This document shows positions 39,935-48,990 of a stretch of DNA of 64,000 nucleotides, piece by piece. Both the position numbers and the translations under genes were made by a program. Position 1 is the stretch's first letter; every line of letters begins with the position of its first letter. Source of the DNA: a virus (lineage: Duplodnaviria > Caudoviricetes); the IMG/VR virus record IMGVR_UViG_3300020156_000028, positions 557 through 64,556 of that record, one strand, 5' to 3'. The notes beneath the pieces are model-generated. The model saw nothing but the letters and a program-made list of their open reading frames with translations. It was not told where the DNA came from and did not search any database.

Positions 39935-42031
39935 ATGCTTTCGTTTACAGAGCGCACCGTTGCCAGCCCGCAGGTCGCGATGTTCGACATCCTGATCAGC
40001 CACAACGGCAAGCATGTCGTCGCGGCCGTGTCGAACCTCCCCATGGCGATCCGCTCTCGGGACGCAAACGATGCTTTCGTGGCGGGCGCTGCGGCCGGTT
40101 GGGGCACAGTCAACTCCGGCGGCGGCGCGTTCTCTCGGGACAATCAGTATCTCTTCCTGTCAAGCGGAACCTACCTCATGCGCGGCACGCGCGTCGGGGA
40201 AGCCTATGATTACGACGGCTGGAACATCAATTCCGGCGGCCCGCGCGGGGTGGATGTCAATGCCGACGGGTCCATGGTGGCGGCCGGTATCGGCAACGCC
40301 TGCGTGGTCTACCGGGTCTCGGACAAGGCGGTCCTTCTGAACTACAACTGCGCCGATCTGGTCGAGGATGTTCGGTTCTCCCCTGACGGCCAGTACCTTG
40401 TGGCAGGTGCCCGGACCACGGGGCCTTTCCTGTTTTCTATTGCCGGTGGAGTGATCACGGCGCGCGGTGCTCTGGGGGCAGGCTACGGCAACTGGAACTT
40501 CACATGGCATCCCGATAGTGACCATTTCGCCGCCTCGCAATATCTGAATGGCGTACAAGGGCTCCACATATACAAGAAGGCGAGCGCGACTTCGTTCACT
40601 CGGCTGGCCGCCCCTTTCAGTGACGGAGGACCCGGCGGCGCGGTGATCGGTGCAGCCTATCTTGGTGGAGCCGGAGAAGGCTACCTTCTGACGGCGCGGC
40701 TCGGGGCGTATCCGGCGAAGCTCTATAGGCGCGACGGGGATTCCTACATCCTCGATACCGTCGAAGGCTTGCCGACTTTTACCAGTCTGGAGGCGTTGAA
40801 GGCTGCCAAGGACGCCAACACCATCACCTACTTCAACTCCGGCGGCCCGATCAAGGTTTTCGATTTCATCCCGCCGCCAATCTCCTCGGAAGGCGCATTG
40901 GTCGGCCCGTTCGCCGATCTGGCCGCCGAGGTCGGCTTGGGTTTCGAGGCGAACGGCGACCTGACTGGTCCTTTCTCAGAGATGACCGGAGACATCCAGA
41001 TCGCGTCCGGCGGATCGGGCGACCTGATCGGCCCCTTCGCCGAGACCGGCGGGCTTGTGGCGTTTGGTGATCCGGGTGTTGCCGTCGAGATCGAGGTTCG
41101 GGTGTTCCCGGCTCAAATCCAGTTGACCCCCTCGGGATCGGTCATCAGCGACCGGGCTCCGGGGTGGTTCTCTTACGGCGAACTGGTCGGCCCGTTCGCG
41201 GATGCCTCGGGCGAAGCGCTCCTGCCGCTGGAGCTTTCCGGCGACCTGATCGGGCCGTTCGTGTCCAGCAGCGGAACCGGCGAGGTCGAGATCGAAGGAA
41301 CGGCCGCTCTTGTCGGCCCCTATGCGGATTTCGCGGCCGAGGTGGTCTTGGTCCTGCCGACCGTGCAAGGCGACCTGACAGGCCCCTACGCCGATCTGGC
41401 GGGCGAGGTCGTCGTGCCTATCGCGGTCATGGCCGATCTGGTCGGCCCCTATGTCTCCAGCAGCGGAACCGGAGAGGTCGAAGTCGAGGGCAACGGCGCG
41501 CTGGTCGGCCCGTTCGCCACGTTCGCGGCCGTGGTCGGCATGCTCAATGAGGCGGAAGGCGAACTGACCGGCCCGTTCATCGACGTGTCGGGTCTGGTCG
41601 AGGTCCCGCATGTGGATGTCAGCGCCGCGCTGGTCGGCCCGTTCGCGGATGTCTCGGGCGAAGCGAATGTGCCGTTCGGGGTCTTGGCCGAATTGACCGG
41701 GCCGTTCGCCGATGTCGCGGCAGAGGCCGAAGTTCCGCAGGCCGCCTATGGCGATCTGGTCGGCCCGTTCGCCGATGTCGCCGGGGAGATGGGCACGGAG
41801 TTTCGGATCGACGCCAATCTGCGCGGACCCTATGTTGCAGTCGAAGGGACCTTGCTCTATCGAAACAGTGCCGACATCGCCTTGACCGGGTTCCTGCCTC
41901 GCGTGAGGATCATGACCTACGAGCAAGAAGATGGCCCCGGCTACGATAACGCGCCGTCCTTGGGCAAAGGCAGCGGCTTGCGGGTCGGGGGCGGTCCTTC
42001 GTTCGGCATGAACAAGTCATTCGGGAGATAA
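39935..42031 (+). CDS. Tail fibre-like protein: beta-propeller plus ~21-aa LxGP[FY] repeats
   Basis: N-terminal blades (FSRDNQYL, FSPDGQYL, WHPDSDHF), then 14 LxGP[FY] repeats and one degenerate copy. Confidence 0.75.
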   Translation: MLSFTERTVASPQVAMFDILISHNGKHVVAAVSNLPMAIRSRDANDAFVAGAAAGWGTVNSGGGAFSRDNQYLFLSSGTYLMRGTRVGEAYDYDGWNINSGGPRGVDVNADGSMVAAGIGNACVVYRVSDKAVLLNYNCADLVEDVRFSPDGQYLVAGARTTGPFLFSIAGGVITARGALGAGYGNWNFTWHPDSDHFAASQYLNGVQGLHIYKKASATSFTRLAAPFSDGGPGGAVIGAAYLGGAGEGYLLTARLGAYPAKLYRRDGDSYILDTVEGLPTFTSLEALKAAKDANTITYFNSGGPIKVFDFIPPPISSEGALVGPFADLAAEVGLGFEANGDLTGPFSEMTGDIQIASGGSGDLIGPFAETGGLVAFGDPGVAVEIEVRVFPAQIQLTPSGSVISDRAPGWFSYGELVGPFADASGEALLPLELSGDLIGPFVSSSGTGEVEIEGTAALVGPYADFAAEVVLVLPTVQGDLTGPYADLAGEVVVPIAVMADLVGPYVSSSGTGEVEVEGNGALVGPFATFAAVVGMLNEAEGELTGPFIDVSGLVEVPHVDVSAALVGPFADVSGEANVPFGVLAELTGPFADVAAEAEVPQAAYGDLVGPFADVAGEMGTEFRIDANLRGPYVAVEGTLLYRNSADIALTGFLPRVRIMTYEQEDGPGYDNAPSLGKGSGLRVGGGPSFGMNKSFGR

Positions 42032-42034
42032 CAG

Positions 42035-42316
42035 ATGGCCGCCACGACTCTCTACCATACGATCACCCCGGACGAGTGGACGCAGGTCGCCAGCGGCTTC
42101 TCGTTCATCCTCGTGCAGCTTCGCTCGCATGGCGTGGTCCGCATGCACGTTGGCGACAGTGAGGCCGTCGTGGATGACGACTCGGCCGACATCGTGCTGG
42201 CGCGCGGCATGTCTGGTGCGGAATCCTCGTTCTCGGCGGGCGGCGTCCCGGACGGAACGGCGGTGTGGCTCCGCTCCGTCAACGGGTCCGAACAGGTCAG
42301 CGTGCTTTCCTACTGA
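42035..42316 (+). CDS. Small beta-rich virion protein
   Basis: 93 aa, GGAG RBS, last gene of the tail operon. Confidence 0.65.
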   Translation: MAATTLYHTITPDEWTQVASGFSFILVQLRSHGVVRMHVGDSEAVVDDDSADIVLARGMSGAESSFSAGGVPDGTAVWLRSVNGSEQVSVLSY

Positions 42317-42617
42317 TGTTGTGCTTGACGGCGACGTGCTGAACGTGCCGCTCCAGAACCTTCCGGGCCGGGGAAAAGCTCTTCCGGCCCGCTTCCATGT
42401 CGTCTTCGTTCCAATCCTGCGCCATCCGGCACATGACGGCCCAGACGCCCTTTGCGTTCTTGCGGTCGTAGCGCATGGTCATGAACAGGTCGTAGAGATC
42501 GGCCCCGCGCTGCTTGCGGCGGTTATTGTGGGCCGTGCGGCACTCGCTGGCGCAGAAAATCTGTTCGTGGGCGCGAACGGTCTTGAATTGCTTGCCGCAC
42601 TCTAGGCACTTGCACAT
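42297..42617 (-). CDS. Zinc-finger protein
   Basis: CLECG...FCASECR..NNRRKQRGADLYDL; GGAG RBS; antisense to flanking genes. Confidence 0.75.
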   Translation of the reverse strand: MCKCLECGKQFKTVRAHEQIFCASECRTAHNNRRKQRGADLYDLFMTMRYDRKNAKGVWAVMCRMAQDWNEDDMEAGRKSFSPARKVLERHVQHVAVKHNISRKAR

Positions 42618-42721
42618 GTCGTATCTCCGTCTGTTTCTGATCTGACGTGTACACGGCAAAGGCCCTTTCTGCAAACAAAAAGTTGGGATATAAGGGCTAT
42701 GGTTAACACGGAGGGAATCCC

Positions 42722-43444
42722 ATGAACGAACATGTGCAGCGCGTCCAGAAAGCCTTGCTCTTGGCAGGCTACGATCTCGGGCGCTTCGGGGCCGATGGCG
42801 ACTTCGGCCCGAAAACCGCCGACGCCGTGATGACGGCCATCAACCTCTCCCGCATGATCGGCACGCACGAAGCCGTGGTCAAGGAAGGGGCACAAATCGA
42901 GGCTCCGGCCCTCAACGGCCGCGACGATCCGATCCCGGCGCTTTGGCTACCAATGGCCAAGATGAAGCGGATTATCATGCACTGGACCGCCGGGTCTTAT
43001 ACGGCCTCGGAAGAGGACAAAGAGCACTACCATTTCCTGATCGACGGGTCGGCCAAGATCATCAAGGGAGTCCATTCGGTCTCGAATAACGAGGTGATCC
43101 GGGGAAGCAATTATGCCGCTCACACCTTGAACTGCAACACGGGCTCCATCGGTATCTCGATTTGCTGCATGGCCGGTGCCACGGAATCGCCATTCAATCC
43201 CGGCAACTACCCGATGAAAGCCGAACAGTTCGGGGTCCTGATCGAAGCCGTGGCGCAGCTTTGCGAGGTCTACGACATCCCGGTCACGCCGCAGACCGTT
43301 TTGTCGCATGCCGAGGTGCAGGGCAATTTGGGTATTCAGCAGCGCGGCAAATGGGATTATACTCGCCTTCCGTTCGACCCCCAAATCAAGGGCGCGCGCG
43401 CCGTGGGCGACCATATCCGCGAACGTGTCTCCCTGTTCGTCTAG
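42722..43444 (+). CDS. Endolysin: peptidoglycan-binding domain plus N-acetylmuramoyl-L-alanine amidase
   Basis: VQKAL..GYDLG..GADGDFGPKT binding domain; IIMHWTAG, YHFLIDG, AHT..N.GSIGI, SHAEV amidase motifs. Confidence 0.9.
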   Translation: MNEHVQRVQKALLLAGYDLGRFGADGDFGPKTADAVMTAINLSRMIGTHEAVVKEGAQIEAPALNGRDDPIPALWLPMAKMKRIIMHWTAGSYTASEEDKEHYHFLIDGSAKIIKGVHSVSNNEVIRGSNYAAHTLNCNTGSIGISICCMAGATESPFNPGNYPMKAEQFGVLIEAVAQLCEVYDIPVTPQTVLSHAEVQGNLGIQQRGKWDYTRLPFDPQIKGARAVGDHIRERVSLFV

Positions 43445-43454
43445 GAGAATACCG

Positions 43455-43778
43455 ATGATGAAGACCTTCGCCATGCTCGCCGCCGTTTCCATGCTGGCGG
43501 CGAGTTGCCAGACAGGCGGTGTGGACGCCACGATCCAGAGCAACCTCCCGAGGACGTGCGCCCTGATCGAGACCTCGCACCTCGCCTTCACGGTGCTGGC
43601 CGCAGCGGGTCAGGTGAGCAAGAGGACGGCGCGCGCCGAGCTTGCCGCCTACACCAGCACGCGGACCATCTGTGCCAATCCCGAGACCGCCACGGCGACC
43701 GACGCACTGGTCACGGCCGCCACGGCATATGCAACGATCTCCTCGGCGCTCGCCACGGAAAGAAAGAGGAAGAAATAA
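43455..43778 (+). CDS. Lipoprotein in lysis cassette (possible spanin component)
   Basis: Signal peptide with lipobox MLAASC; AGGAG RBS. Confidence 0.7.
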   Translation: MMKTFAMLAAVSMLAASCQTGGVDATIQSNLPRTCALIETSHLAFTVLAAAGQVSKRTARAELAAYTSTRTICANPETATATDALVTAATAYATISSALATERKRKK

Positions 43779-44161
43779 TGGACGACATCCTCGAAATCAC
43801 GAGGCCGCTTCTGGAGCTTCTGGTGACACTGGTGGGGCCTATCCTGATCGGGTGGCTCGCGACCCGACTCGCCACGGCGCTCAATGTCAAGACCGAGAAA
43901 GACCGGATCGCCTTGGAGGTCGCGTTGCGCAATGCGCTCCATTCCTCCGCGTCGAACGCATGGCTTTTCGCCTTGAAAAAGTTCGGGATTTCCTTTAGCG
44001 AGATCAAGGGGCTAGGCCCGGCCGATCTCCCGAAGGTGATGGCCTTTGCGAAGGAATACGTGCAGGATAAAAATCCAGATGCTCTCGCCAAGCTAGGGGT
44101 GTCGAGCAAGCAGTTGGAAGAAATTTTGCTGACGAAGTTGCCTGCGGTGAGAATGGAATGA
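43778..44161 (+). CDS. Holin-like membrane protein
   Basis: N-terminal TM (LLELLVTLVGPILIGWLA), then ALHSSA...YVQDKNPDALAKLG pattern. Confidence 0.6.
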   Translation: MDDILEITRPLLELLVTLVGPILIGWLATRLATALNVKTEKDRIALEVALRNALHSSASNAWLFALKKFGISFSEIKGLGPADLPKVMAFAKEYVQDKNPDALAKLGVSSKQLEEILLTKLPAVRME

Positions 44162-44328
44162 TTCCAAGGCTTTGTGGCTGAAAAGGATAACGCCGGTCCT
44201 TCGCGGGATCGGCGTTTTCCATGTGTACCTGCAAGATATTGTACTTTTGGAGCGCGAACGGACCCGGTACAATCAGGGTCATCATGGAAATGGTCACGAC
44301 TCAATCAGTCGGAGAAAGGAAGCCCAAC

Positions 44329-44610
44329 ATGTTTTGGGGCATTGGCGATTCCTCAAAGCTGTCCACGGAGGAGAAGCAGACTCTTGACGCTCTCCGGCGG
44401 CTTGGGGAAACCGGGCATATCGTGGGATTGACGCCGGACCAAACCAAGGTGGCTATCGCGGCCATCACCTTCTATTCGAACGTCACGGCCACGACAGGCA
44501 TCATCGCCGGAGCGCGGAACGTGCTCTTGTTTCTCGGCTCGCTTTGCGTCATGTGGTGGGCCGTGAAAGATGTTGTCGTGCAGTTCATCAGGTCATCCGC
44601 AGGAGTGTAA
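44329..44610 (+). CDS. Membrane protein (lysis-associated?)
   Basis: C-terminal TM VLLFLGSLCVMWWAV; GGAG/AGGA RBS; start could be 44284. Confidence 0.6.
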   Translation: MFWGIGDSSKLSTEEKQTLDALRRLGETGHIVGLTPDQTKVAIAAITFYSNVTATTGIIAGARNVLLFLGSLCVMWWAVKDVVVQFIRSSAGV

Positions 44611-44613
44611 AGC

Positions 44614-45102
44614 GTGCCGTATCGTAAACTGTCATGGTGGCGTTTTCGCGCTATCGAACTTGCCGTCGCCGGAGGGATCATGGCGTCGGCAATCTATCTG
44701 TCCGACTACTTCCAGCAGCGGTATCGGGCGGATGTCCCGGCGGCCAACTGGTTCACGGTCAATGACATTTACGTGCCGGATTTCCGGGTCGGGGAGAACC
44801 CGACCTTGGTCTATGACCGGACGATCAAGGAACCGTTTCGCGGCTTCTGGGTGATCGAAATCGAGCGGTTCCTGCAAGATGGAAAGACGGTGCTGGCCTG
44901 CACCGGCTCCGGGGTCAATGATTACGAGGTGACGGATTATATTCCCAAGAACGAGGTCGCGTTCGAATGGCTGATCGGACGCGAGTGCGATGATCTGGAG
45001 CCCGGTTCCTATCGCATGCGCGGCTCGTGGTTGATGAAGCGCTACGGCTGGCCGGACAAGCAGGTCGTGAAGTATTCGAACGTGTTCCAGATAAAGCCCT
45101 AG
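44614..45102 (+). CDS. Membrane-anchored periplasmic protein
   Basis: N-terminal TM, two Cys in a beta-rich domain; last plus-strand gene. Confidence 0.65.
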   Translation: MPYRKLSWWRFRAIELAVAGGIMASAIYLSDYFQQRYRADVPAANWFTVNDIYVPDFRVGENPTLVYDRTIKEPFRGFWVIEIERFLQDGKTVLACTGSGVNDYEVTDYIPKNEVAFEWLIGRECDDLEPGSYRMRGSWLMKRYGWPDKQVVKYSNVFQIKP

Positions 45103-45572
45103 ATCGGCGGCTCGGCGGTTGCCCGCCGGGCGCGCTTGATGATCATCTTTGCATATCGAACCTGTCTTGCAGAAAGCTCGTAGTCGAACTGATACTCGTA
45201 GGGCACGGTTCGGGCAAAGTCGAGGTCTTGGAAATCGAGAGTATCGGCCGCCTCTTCTCCGGCTTTCTTGAGGGCGTCGAGGAGTTCTCGACTCTCTGTT
45301 TGGCCTCCATCATCGCGCTCCTCAAATCGCGATGAATAGTCCCGGTAGCGCCCATAGTAGTCCCTCCTGTAAGGTTGTTGGGGCTTGTCTCGATAGACGA
45401 TCTTGTCCACATAGACGATACGTTCCCTGCCCGACAGCAGAAGCTCGGCCAAGGTCTTCTTTTCCTCGGCCGCGATCCGCTTGATGAAGCGCAGGGCGTT
45501 AAGCTGTTCGCCCTCGTGATCGCTGCCGAGCATGCCAATGAATTTCTCCAGCTTTGAGCGGTTGTCAGCCAA
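45099..45572 (-). CDS. Hypothetical protein
   Basis: 157 aa, TTG start; KFIGMLGSDHEGEQLNA N-terminus and LSARQ C-terminus. Confidence 0.7.
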   Translation of the reverse strand: MADNRSKLEKFIGMLGSDHEGEQLNALRFIKRIAAEEKKTLAELLLSGRERIVYVDKIVYRDKPQQPYRRDYYGRYRDYSSRFEERDDGGQTESRELLDALKKAGEEAADTLDFQDLDFARTVPYEYQFDYELSARQVRYAKMIIKRARRATAEPPI

Positions 45573-45598
45573 TGTCAGGAACTCTTTTAATCAGTTGA

Positions 45599-46264
45599 TT
45601 AAACCACGCTGGCTATCTCGGTCTCGTAGGCCGCAACATCCAGCGGGTCGTCAAAGAGGGTGTTCTGGTTGCCCCAGACCGTCCAGCCAGCGCGGGACTG
45701 ACGGCCGAAAAGCTCCAAATACGGCCCGTGGGTGAGCTTCACGATGCTTTCCGGTACTTCATCCGGTTTGCGGCTATGTTCGCGCCGTGGGGCCAGAATG
45801 AGCCGCCTGACGCTCTTGCTGACGCGCTTCGGACTCCGGTAGGTCGCGAGGAACGACCGCTCGCACTCCTGTTCGTCCTCGCCGAAGTCGCACTCGTAGG
45901 CGTGTTCCGGGTTGGCGCGCGTCCAGAACCCCGTGCCGATGGGGAAGGTGCCGGGCTCTTTCCCGGTCTTGGCCCAGTAGAAGCCGACCGTTTTGTACTT
46001 GAAGCCCCAAGCTCGGATCACGTCGAGCGCGATCTCGGCATGGCTATCGATCACCCAGAAGTGCATGATCGCGCCCTCGGGATGGCAAAGGTCGCGCACG
46101 GGCAGGGCCTTGATCTGGTCCAGAGTCATCGTCTCGTAGTGATTGTCCGGGCTCTTGCCGAGGCCCTTGCCGGACCATGTGACGTATTTCCACGGCACGT
46201 CAACATACAACGTCCGGTAGTGTTTCTTGCGGAGACCCGCGAACGGCCCTTCGGTGATCAGCAT
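45599..46264 (-). CDS. MT-A70 family adenine methyltransferase
   Basis: YRTLYVDVPWKY, HYETMTLDQIKALPV, AWGFKYKT, GTGFWTRANPE, REHSRKPD, LELFGR..R.GWTVWGNQ. Confidence 0.9.
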   Translation of the reverse strand: MLITEGPFAGLRKKHYRTLYVDVPWKYVTWSGKGLGKSPDNHYETMTLDQIKALPVRDLCHPEGAIMHFWVIDSHAEIALDVIRAWGFKYKTVGFYWAKTGKEPGTFPIGTGFWTRANPEHAYECDFGEDEQECERSFLATYRSPKRVSKSVRRLILAPRREHSRKPDEVPESIVKLTHGPYLELFGRQSRAGWTVWGNQNTLFDDPLDVAAYETEIASVV

Positions 46265-46274
46265 CCCATTTCCT

Positions 46275-46463
46275 TCACACAAAGTCGGCTATGTCGAAAT
46301 CGTCTTCCGGGACCGCAGCCTCCATGGCCTGTTCAAGCGTGTCCGCGATGAAGACCCGGAACGAGCCGTCGTCATTCCGGGTCGATACTTGCCAGCGACG
46401 ATCCGCCGTGGGGAAGATCGTCAGGCCGTTGGTGGCTTCAATGCGATGAAGCCAATCGATCAT
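46275..46463 (-). CDS. Hypothetical protein
   Basis: 62 aa, ATGA-coupled to GapR gene. Confidence 0.6.
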   Translation of the reverse strand: MIDWLHRIEATNGLTIFPTADRRWQVSTRNDDGSFRVFIADTLEQAMEAAVPEDDFDIADFV

Positions 46464-46777
46464 ACGACGGTATCTCCGTCGTCATCGGGCGGCAGCATGC
46501 CGAGGGCGGCCCGGTAGGTGTCGAGGATGGCTTCGAACACCATCCTCTCGTCCCGGTCCTGCTTCCGTTCGGCGATGATCTTGCGGATGGCCTTGGCCTC
46601 GAAGCCCCTCGCCTTGGCCTCGCCGTAGACATCCTTGATGTCACCAGCGATGGTCTTCTTCTCCTCTTCCAGCCGTTCGATCCGTTCGATGAACGAACGT
46701 AGCTCGTCGCGGGCGACCCCGTGGGCGTCTGCTTGGTTCGGCCGGGGCTTGCCGTCGGATGTATGAGCGCGCGCCAT
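46460..46777 (-). CDS. gapR: GapR-like nucleoid-associated protein (DUF2312)
   Basis: [48 protein letters not shown]...[13 protein letters not shown]. Confidence 0.92.
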   Translation of the reverse strand: MARAHTSDGKPRPNQADAHGVARDELRSFIERIERLEEEKKTIAGDIKDVYGEAKARGFEAKAIRKIIAERKQDRDERMVFEAILDTYRAALGMLPPDDDGDTVV

Positions 46778-47370
46778 CAGACGACATCCGAGAAGTCGTC
46801 TTCCTCGGCCTCCGGCTGTTCATCCTGTTCGTCCGGCTCCTGCACAACACCATGGTGCGGGTCGATCACCGACGCGCCATCCCGCTTGAGCTTGGCCCAT
46901 TCGTCGCGCTTGACCTTCACGACGCGCGGGTCCGACGGATAGACCTGCTCGCCTTCGATCTCGAAGATCACGTTGGCGGTCGGCCAGTGCCAGAAGCTCT
47001 TGGTCTTGTAGGACTGCTCGCCGAAATGCAGCGGCCGCAGATCGGGCTTTCCGTCGGGCTGGACCGGCACGTCCTTGGGGAGCGGTTTCTCCATCCGGGG
47101 CTCGGCCGGGTGCTGTTCCATGAAGTCTGCGACGTGCGCGCGGGCGTCCGTCCAGTCCTCCAGAACCGTGCCGCTGGAGGGGTGCGACCACATGCCGTCC
47201 GGGATGTAGATCAGACTGCCGGGGCCAACGGAGCGGTTGCCGACCGGGAAGATCGGGAACGCCATGTTGCCGCTGATATGCTGCCACGCCAGAATCGGCG
47301 TGTCGGTGTAATCACCATCGGCGTCGAACTGCCGAAGGTACGTACCGGGCGAGGCCGGGAAAGTGTTCAT
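46777..47370 (-). CDS. Hypothetical protein
   Basis: 197 aa, coupled to neighbours, acidic tail. Confidence 0.7.
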   Translation of the reverse strand: MNTFPASPGTYLRQFDADGDYTDTPILAWQHISGNMAFPIFPVGNRSVGPGSLIYIPDGMWSHPSSGTVLEDWTDARAHVADFMEQHPAEPRMEKPLPKDVPVQPDGKPDLRPLHFGEQSYKTKSFWHWPTANVIFEIEGEQVYPSDPRVVKVKRDEWAKLKRDGASVIDPHHGVVQEPDEQDEQPEAEEDDFSDVV

Positions 47371-47795
47371 GCTCCTACTCCATAGCGGTTGATAAGGATG
47401 TCTTCGATCCGGTTCCAGAGGAGCACATGGTACGGCCCGTCAGGGAGCGGTTTCGGGTCTGTCACCCAGAGCGACAGGGTGAGGCAGGCGGCGGTTTCGA
47501 GGTCGCCGAGATCGTTGACCCGGCAATACTCGTTCATCGTGTACATCGGGCTCGGGTTGAGGATCGAGAAGAGGTTGTTCTGCCGGATCGCCGCCTGCCG
47601 GATTTCGATGATATGCAGGGCTTTCTTCAACGACTCAATCGCCTTCTCGCGCTCGATACTGTGGTGCCGCGAGATGTATTTCAGGATGGTGTGCGAGGCC
47701 GAGTCCCATCCGTTCGCGAGCGTGAACTGGAACGGCTGGAGCTTGAGCTTGACATAGTGGTCGCCGCCGATCTGGCGGGTATGGGGGTTATTCAT
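47367..47795 (-). CDS. DUF3310 protein (T7 gp1.7-like nucleotide kinase family)
   Basis: QIGGDHY..LKLQP...ILKYISRH...ESLKKALH. Confidence 0.75.
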   Translation of the reverse strand: MNNPHTRQIGGDHYVKLKLQPFQFTLANGWDSASHTILKYISRHHSIEREKAIESLKKALHIIEIRQAAIRQNNLFSILNPSPMYTMNEYCRVNDLGDLETAACLTLSLWVTDPKPLPDGPYHVLLWNRIEDILINRYGVGA

Positions 47796-47796
47796 T

Positions 47797-48357
47797 TCAG
47801 GTGGAAACCTCTATTTGTTCAACACGGTCCATGTATTCCTGATCATCGAAATCGTCAGGGCAATCCGGGTCGTCTTCGCCTTCATGCGCCTTGCGCCACT
47901 CGTCGGGGTCGTTCTGGAACTCGACGTAGGTCTCGACCAGCCCCGTATGCTCGTTCAGCGCGGACTCCCATTCGGTTGCGATGTCTTCCAACTCGGACGC
48001 CGCCTCGTCGCACGCATCGGCGCGCTGTTCAAGCATCTGGCCCGTGTCTCCCTGTTGAAGACCCTCCGGCATGTTGTCGAACTTGCCGCGTTCTTCCTCG
48101 CCGATCTCGCGGATGGCGTCGGCCAGCGCGCTCACGTCCTCGTGGGAACCGATCTCGGCCTTGGAGTCCTCCCAGTCATAGAGCGCGGAAAGGAACGCGC
48201 TGTTGGTCAACTGGGAGCGTTTGAACGGGGTCTTCTGGCGAAGCTCCCGGCTGGAGCGCGGCCCAGTCTTCATCTTCGTGTAGTAGTGAACGTCGCCTTT
48301 CTTGATACCGAACTGGGGGTAGTCCTTGGCGGCCTTCACTTGCTTTACGCGGGGCAT
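47797..48357 (-). CDS. Hypothetical phage protein
   Basis: 186 aa; KFDNMPEGLQQGDTGQMLEQR, acidic helical C-half. Confidence 0.75.
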   Translation of the reverse strand: MPRVKQVKAAKDYPQFGIKKGDVHYYTKMKTGPRSSRELRQKTPFKRSQLTNSAFLSALYDWEDSKAEIGSHEDVSALADAIREIGEEERGKFDNMPEGLQQGDTGQMLEQRADACDEAASELEDIATEWESALNEHTGLVETYVEFQNDPDEWRKAHEGEDDPDCPDDFDDQEYMDRVEQIEVST

Positions 48358-48392
48358 CGGTCATCCTTCCTCTCTGTCTGGGATTCGGGATG

Positions 48393-48421
48393 ACCGTAAC
48401 CAACATTCAGTTGGCAGTCAA
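48393..48421 (-). promoter_or_regulatory. Promoter with operator palindrome in its spacer
   Basis: TTGACT-N17-TACGGT; spacer holds CCAAC-TGAAT-GTTGG. Confidence 0.6.
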
Positions 48422-48990
48422 CCCGCCACGGGTGTCGTAATATCGAGGTAGACCGGGAGCCCGACCTTGGCCGAGGTGGCGTTGAACTTGTTGCTGACCA
48501 GAGCCCGGAGGTCACTGGTGGAATTTTTCACGGCGATGGCGTGGGCGATATCCAGAACCCCGGCCAGCGCCTCGGCAAGTATCTCCTCGAAGCCTTCCAT
48601 CGGCTCGTTCCAGTGATGCTCGTCCACGAGGAAGCAGACATAGCCGACGCGCGCGTCCAACCGGATTCCGAAGTCTTCGGCCCCCAGTCCCTTGCAGGTG
48701 TCGCAGAGCGCCCCAGAGCCGAACGGGATCGGGTTGATACCTGCGGTCATGGCGACCAGATCGGTGCAGATCACCACGTCGGCCAGTTCGTCGGCGAGAT
48801 CGTTGTCGCCCACGCGCGAGCCCTTGAGCCCCTTTGCGGCCCGGACGAGCTTCTTGAGCACGTTGCAGAGTTCGCCCGCTTCTCCGGCAAGCTCGTTGAC
48901 CCGCCATTTCAGATCGATCTTGTTCTCGGGGTCCCAGATTTTCTGCCGGGCTTCATTGGCCGTGCGAAGGGTCGTAAAAACCGTGTTCAT
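48418..48990 (-). CDS. mazG: MazG-like nucleotide pyrophosphohydrolase
   Basis: NELAGEAGELCNVLKK...LADELADVVIC...KFNATSAKVG. Confidence 0.85.
   Translation of the reverse strand: MNTVFTTLRTANEARQKIWDPENKIDLKWRVNELAGEAGELCNVLKKLVRAAKGLKGSRVGDNDLADELADVVICTDLVAMTAGINPIPFGSGALCDTCKGLGAEDFGIRLDARVGYVCFLVDEHHWNEPMEGFEEILAEALAGVLDIAHAIAVKNSTSDLRALVSNKFNATSAKVGLPVYLDITTPVAG

Noticed and set aside
40889-41900. Repeats as template/variable pair of a diversity-generating retroelement
   Set aside because: Protein-level repeats without adenine-specific differences; no reverse transcriptase in the window
45586-45603. Palindrome TTTAATCA-GT-TGATTAAA as a CtrA box
   Set aside because: TTAA spacing is 8, not 7; single occurrence overlapping a stop codon, function unsupported
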